Positions 59,104-64,000 of a stretch of 64,000 nt of DNA are shown here, piece by piece. The notes under the pieces are model-generated. The model did not search any database, was not told the DNA's origin, and saw nothing but the letters and a program-made list of their open reading frames with translations. How positions within the stretch are numbered: position 1 is the first letter of the stretch; each line of letters begins with the position of its first letter. The stretch is from Macrostomum lignano (taxonomy: Eukaryota). Made by a program: the position numbers and the translations under genes. The DNA is taken from the NCBI GenBank assembly GCA_002269645.1, contig NIVC01001535.1, positions 92,976 through 156,975 of the forward strand, written 5' to 3'.

Positions 59104-62100
59104 CTAAGAAACATCCCACGTGCCCATCGACGTTCGAAATCGACGACCAGCAGCGCTGATGCGCTTCAGCTGACGGCCTGGTGTCGCCAACCAGCTGGCG
59201 ACACGATCGGATGCTGTTGACGAAGATTGTCGAGGCACGAAATTTGTCTGCTGAGAAGGCGGCGGCGGCGGAGGAGGAGGCATGAGAGAAGCCGAAGGTG
59301 GAGGAGACGACGGCGGATGCAGCCAGGCGGCTAAATTGTGCAAACTGGCGCGCCGACGCTTAGCAAGTCGTTGGCGCCGTTCGGCGGCGCACCACATTGC
59401 CATCTCTTCTTCAGCTAAGCTTGGCACTCCGCCAATAGACCGCTCGTCTGTCAGACTATCGTCAAGTTCATTTCGACTCCGATGCCTACTTCTAGGACGC
59501 TGTTGTTGTTTAGGAAACACCGGAGACCAGCGACGATTGGCAGCTGCGGCCAGCTGCTGGTACTGCTGACGCGAGCGAGTGAGCTGAGACGATAAATCGT
59601 CGATTCGAGCTACCAATGCCGAATTAGTTGCCTTAGCTAAGTCAAGCTCTTTTCTGCACTTTTCCAATGTCAGCGCGTCAAGTAGCGAAGAAGTAGTCAA
59701 AGGCAATTGCAACTCTTCCTCATCCGTTGCTTCTGCTTTTGCTGGTTTGGGGTTGACGGTAGCATTAGACAGTCGGCCGGCTCTACCCACACGAAAGGAA
59801 CAGTCATTGTCCTCCGAGATTCCGCAACCAGCGTGTAAGCCGTTGTCCCTGCTGTGATAGTTCAGCTCTGATAACAGTTCATCATCCTCGTCTTCATCTA
59901 AATCGTCCGCATCTACCGGGGCGTAGGAGGTGACAGCCGTGTATCGATCAAACGTCTGGTCGAGTCGCGCCTCAACGTGTTTGCCCACCTGTAGTAAAGC
60001 CTGAGATGGCGAGTCAAGTGAAAAACGCACTACACCTTCTGCAGTTCGATTTGAAACTTCTTCAACATCGCGTTCAACGCGGCTATCAACCTTGGTGCAA
60101 CTTGACGAAGTAAGTCTTTCGGTTGAAATTGAATAAGAATCAAGGCGGGCTTCGACGGCTCTACTGACGACAGTAACTGGATTAATATCGAAGTCCGAAG
60201 TGGTTTCAGTTTCTTTATCGACACAAACGGGCTTCAATGGTTCAATGCGGATTTCAATTCCTTTGTCGACACAATCCGGTTTTGGAATTTTAAGACAAGT
60301 TCCGACTTTTTTGCTTACACAAATTGGCTTAGGTAGTTCAAAAGATTCTCCGACATTTTTGTCGATGCAAACAGGCTTAGGCGAATCAATACAGGCGTCG
60401 ACCTCTTGTCGGAACAAAGTGGCTTTGGCGCATCAATACAGGCTTCAACCTCTTTGTCGGCACAAATTGGCTTTGGCGGATCAAAACAGACTTCGAGTTC
60501 TTTGTCGAGGCAAACTGGTTTAGGAGAAGTAATATTAACACCGACTTTTTTGTTAACACAAATCGGTTTAGGCAAGAGGATGCAAGCGTTAATTTGTTTG
60601 TCAAGGCAAACAGGCTTAGGCGGTTCAATGCAGCAGGCCTCAACTGAGCGATCAATAGTGACGGGATTCAAGTTAGCTGAAATGCCAACATCTGAGCAGC
60701 TAGGACCTCTTACTCCACACCGACACAGATAAAGTTCTTGTTGCAACTCGGTTAATTGTTTATTGTTGATCTTTTCTCTCTGATCAGCCAATTGTAGCAG
60801 CTGTGTAGCCTCGTTTAACTGCGCATTTAGAGAGTCAACATCGGCCTAAAAAGTGAACGATAAACATTTTAACTGTATAATTGCGGCCTATGAGATAGTT
60901 ATGGAAAGTTAACGGTGGCCCAGCAACTGGATCTGTGAGGGTAGCCACGGCCTAGCAACTGAGGATCTGGGAGGCTGGTGGCCCAGCAACTGAGGATCTG
61001 GGAGGCTGGTGGCCCAGCAACTGAGGATCTGGGAGGCTGGTGGCCCAGCAACTGAGGATCTGGGAGGCTGGTGGCCCAGCAACTGAGGATCTGGGAGGCT
61101 GGTGGCCCAGCAACTGAGGATCTGGGAGGCTGGTGACCCAGCAATTGAGGATCTGGGAGGCTGGCCCAGCAACTGAGGATCTGGGAGGCTGGTGACCCAG
61201 CAACTGAGGATCTGGGAGGCTGGTCCAGCAACTGAGGATCTGGGAGGCTGGCCCAGCAACTGAGGATCTGGGAGGCTGGCCCAGCAACTGAGGATCTGGG
61301 AGGCTGGCCCAGCAACTGAGGATCTGGAGGCTGGCCCAGCAACTGAGGATCTGGGAGACCGCTCCCTACATGGAGCTTAGATCCCAACCTGAAGCCGATC
61401 AGCCTTTTCCACTGCTTCCGCCAGCCGCGCCTGACTCTCGACAGCCTCTGTCTGGCCGCGATGCCGCAGTTTCGCGGCAGCCGACTCGGCCGCGCGATTA
61501 GCTTCAGCGACTCGACGTCGAGATCGTTTGGCGTCGGTTAGAGCGTCCTCGAGCGCCGCGCGAAGCTCGTCGGCCACGTCAGCGGAGCGAGCGCATTGGC
61601 ATTCCAACTCGGCTACGCGAGCCTCCAGCCTGCAGCGTGTCAGCTCGCTGGTGCGCAGGCGAACTTCGAGCCAGTAGGCCGCAGTCTCAGGATCCCGACC
61701 GTCGGTTGTGGTAGCGGAACTATCAAGAATTTCGACAGTTGCCACCGGCTTTGGCTGTAAATAAAATACAGAAAACAAGGGATAAATCTGCATCATTTCT
61801 TAAATGCAGACAAGCGATTCTCATAGGAGTCTAGAGGGCGATTCTTATAGAAGTCTAGAGGCGATTCTTATAGAAGTCTAGAGGGCGATTCTCATAGGAG
61901 TCTAGAGGGCGATTCTTATAGGAGTCTAGAGGGCGATTCTCATAGGAGTCTAGAGGGCGATTTTCATAGGAGTCTAGAGGGCGATTCTTATAGGAGTCTA
62001 GAGGGCGATTCTCATAGGAGTCTAGAGGGCGATTCCTCATAGGAGTCTAGAGGCGATTGTCAAGGGAGCCAGAGAGCAATTCTAAGAAGAAGCTTAGAGT

Positions 62101-62828
62101 ACAATTCTCAAAGGAGAATTTCGAAAACAATGAGAATTAACCTTGGCGGCTGAGTTCAAGTCGGCGGCCGTGTCCAGCAGCAGCAACAGGCTTGGCCGGC
62201 TTCAGAAGACAGTGGAACAGATCGCAGGTCAAATTCGTGCCTTCCGTCAGGCTGAGCAGCGGCCGAAGCGAGGCCACCGCCCGCGGCTGCAGCTCGTCGG
62301 GCAGAGCGTCGGCAGCCGCGGCGGCAACCTCGAGGGTGCGCGGCTGACGAAGCCAAGCGGCCAGCAGCAGCACGCAGGCTTTCAACAGTTCCCAGTCGCG
62401 TCGACGACAAGAGGCATCGTCGTCAACAGAATCGACAGACTCCACAGCGACTATTCGATCCCAGTCTAATACTCGAACAGAGCCGTACGGAGTTCGAAAA
62501 GCTTTATCGAGATATTCTTCTAGGCAGGCGAATCTAGGCAGAGCCGTTTCTAACGGCCCGTGACAATCGCCTGCGCTCCAGTCGGGGTCAACTCGGGTCA
62601 CCAGTTCCAACAGAACGGATCCGTCTACTAAATCGGCAAAATTTAAGCTTGCATTATTTGATTCGTCAGACTGAGCCAGCAGCGATAGCCATTGCAGGAT
62701 GCACTTCTGAGCGTCCGGGTCTGCTTCTACATAATTAGCATTGGTCGAGCAATACTACAGACTGAAGCTGATGTAGCGGCCTCTGTCGCAACACTGCCGT
62801 TACTGTTCGATGATGCTTGAGTTGCCAT
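59104..62828 (-). CDS. Hook/CCDC88/NuMA-like protein: N-terminal CH-like Hook domain, coiled coils, 16-aa repeat block, Pro-rich tail
   Basis: Exons ~62754 (or ATG 62828)-62142, 61754-61389, 60845-59104 (frameshift at 60406-60407). N-terminus ILQWLSLL...FADLVDGSVLLELVTRVDPDW and WELLKACVLLL...LQ...L.PLL resemble Hook-domain helices. Heptad-rich ELTRCRLEARVAELE...LQ. The exon A/B junction needs an indel or a different splice site to stay in frame. Confidence 0.6.
60915..61357. repeat. 28/31-bp minisatellite (GGAGGCTGG(TGG)CCCAGCAACTGAGGATCTG)
   Basis: Direct observation; same family as 40918-41065. Confidence 0.95.
61815..62060. repeat. 24-bp minisatellite (GATTCTCATAGGAGTCTAGAGGGC)
   Basis: Direct observation. 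Confidence 0.95.
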
Positions 62829-63015
62829 GCGGAAGTAAAATCCAAGACTGAAATTTTCAAAGCGGATTAAGTAATGACAAAAATTCATATCTTTTGTCGC
62901 CTAAAAATATATACCGTAAAAGTAAGGAAGGTTAAAAAGGGTCCTAAGAATTGTATTTGAATTTGCTTCAAGATTGGAAGAGGAAGCGGTTGATAAATAT
63001 CATATCAATATGAGA

Positions 63016-63650
63016 TGAGTGTCGGACAGTGTCAGATGAGTGTCGGGTGAGTGTCAGATGAGTGTCGGGTGAGTGTCAGATGAGTGTCGGGTGAGTGTCC
63101 GGTGAGTGTCAGATGAGTGTCAGATGAAGGTAAGATGAGTGTCGGGTGAGTGTCAGATGAGTGTCGGGTGAGTGTCAGATGAGTGTCGGTGAGTGTCCGG
63201 TGAGTGTCAGATGAGTGTCAGATGAAGGTCAGATGAGTGTCGGGTGAGTGTCAGATGAGTGTCGGACAGTGTCGGACAAAAATTCGACACATCGGACAGT
63301 GTCAGATGAGTGTCCGGTGAGTGTGAGATGAGTGTCGGGAGAGTGTCAGATAAGTGTCCGGTGAGTGTCAGATGAGTGTCGGGTGAGTGTCGGGTGAGTA
63401 TCCGGTGAGTGTCAGGTGAGTGTCAGATGAAGGTCAGATGAGTGTCGGGTGAGTGTCAGATGAGTGTCGGGTGAGTGTCGGGTGAGTATCCGGTGAGTGT
63501 CAGGTGAGTGTCAGATGAAGGTCAGATGAGTGTCGGTGAGTGTCAGATGAGTGTCGGACAGTGTCAGATGAGTTTTAGATGAGTGTCGGACAGTGTCAGA
63601 TAAGTGTCGACAGGTCAGATAAGTGTCGGGCAGTGTCATTTGAAGTCGGA
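63016..63650. repeat. 11/22-bp minisatellite (GATGAGTGTCGGGTGAGTGTCA)
   Basis: Direct observation. Confidence 0.93.
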
Positions 63651-64000
63651 CAGTGTTAATCATGAGTCCTATGAGATTTAAATCAACCTCAATATTAGAA
63701 ATACACAAGGCAAAATAAACAAATACAAGACACAAATTATAATAACGTGCGTTATGCAAAAAGATGTTCAATTTTGGAGGAATTTCCTAAACGCCATTCT
63801 TTTATTGTAAAATCAACTTTAATCAGATGGATAAAAAGTGGAAAAAGTTTCTTTATAAGTTCTTATCAAGTTTTTGTAGCGTCCAATAGAATAATAACAA
63901 ATAAACAAGCAAGCAAAAGTTATAACCGGAATTATGAATTGCTTTATTATTAAAAATGAATAAATTACCGTCACCGTAGATTTAAAATATGATTTTTGTA

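Overview
Eukaryotic (invertebrate animal) genomic DNA: GT-AG spliced genes, microsatellites and minisatellites, and many small transposon relics. There are no prokaryotic features, CRISPR arrays or rRNA. The composition is reminiscent of a free-living flatworm such as Macrostomum, but this is inference only. Genes, left to right: (1) three Cys-containing FN3 exons; (2-3) a tandem pair of type-I single-pass receptors with two class-C-GPCR-like Venus-flytrap (VFT) domains but no 7TM domain, showing a patchwork of ~98-99% identical and strongly diverged blocks; (4) an amphiphysin/BIN-like BAR-domain gene; (5) a tRNA-Val(GAC)-like gene; (6) a MARCH-type RING-CH E3 ligase; (7) CYFIP/Sra-1; (8) an intronless C-type lectin + PAN/apple-like gene; (9) a Hook/CCDC88/NuMA-like CH + coiled-coil protein with nine 16-aa PKPxCxDK repeats. 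Mobile DNA: two internally deleted Tc1/mariner elements (one with a LINE inserted in its LPPYSP motif), a Penelope 3' fragment ending in a candidate minimal hammerhead ribozyme, a 308-bp-arm foldback element, hAT-type MITEs, a HINE-like element and two copies of a tRNA-derived SINE. Up to four ORFs (three clear cases, one inferred) are broken by single-base deletions in short homopolymers, probably assembly errors. Exon coordinates were read by hand from splice sites and phase and have not been checked against transcripts. The best candidate for an undescribed system is the double-VFT single-pass receptor pair.
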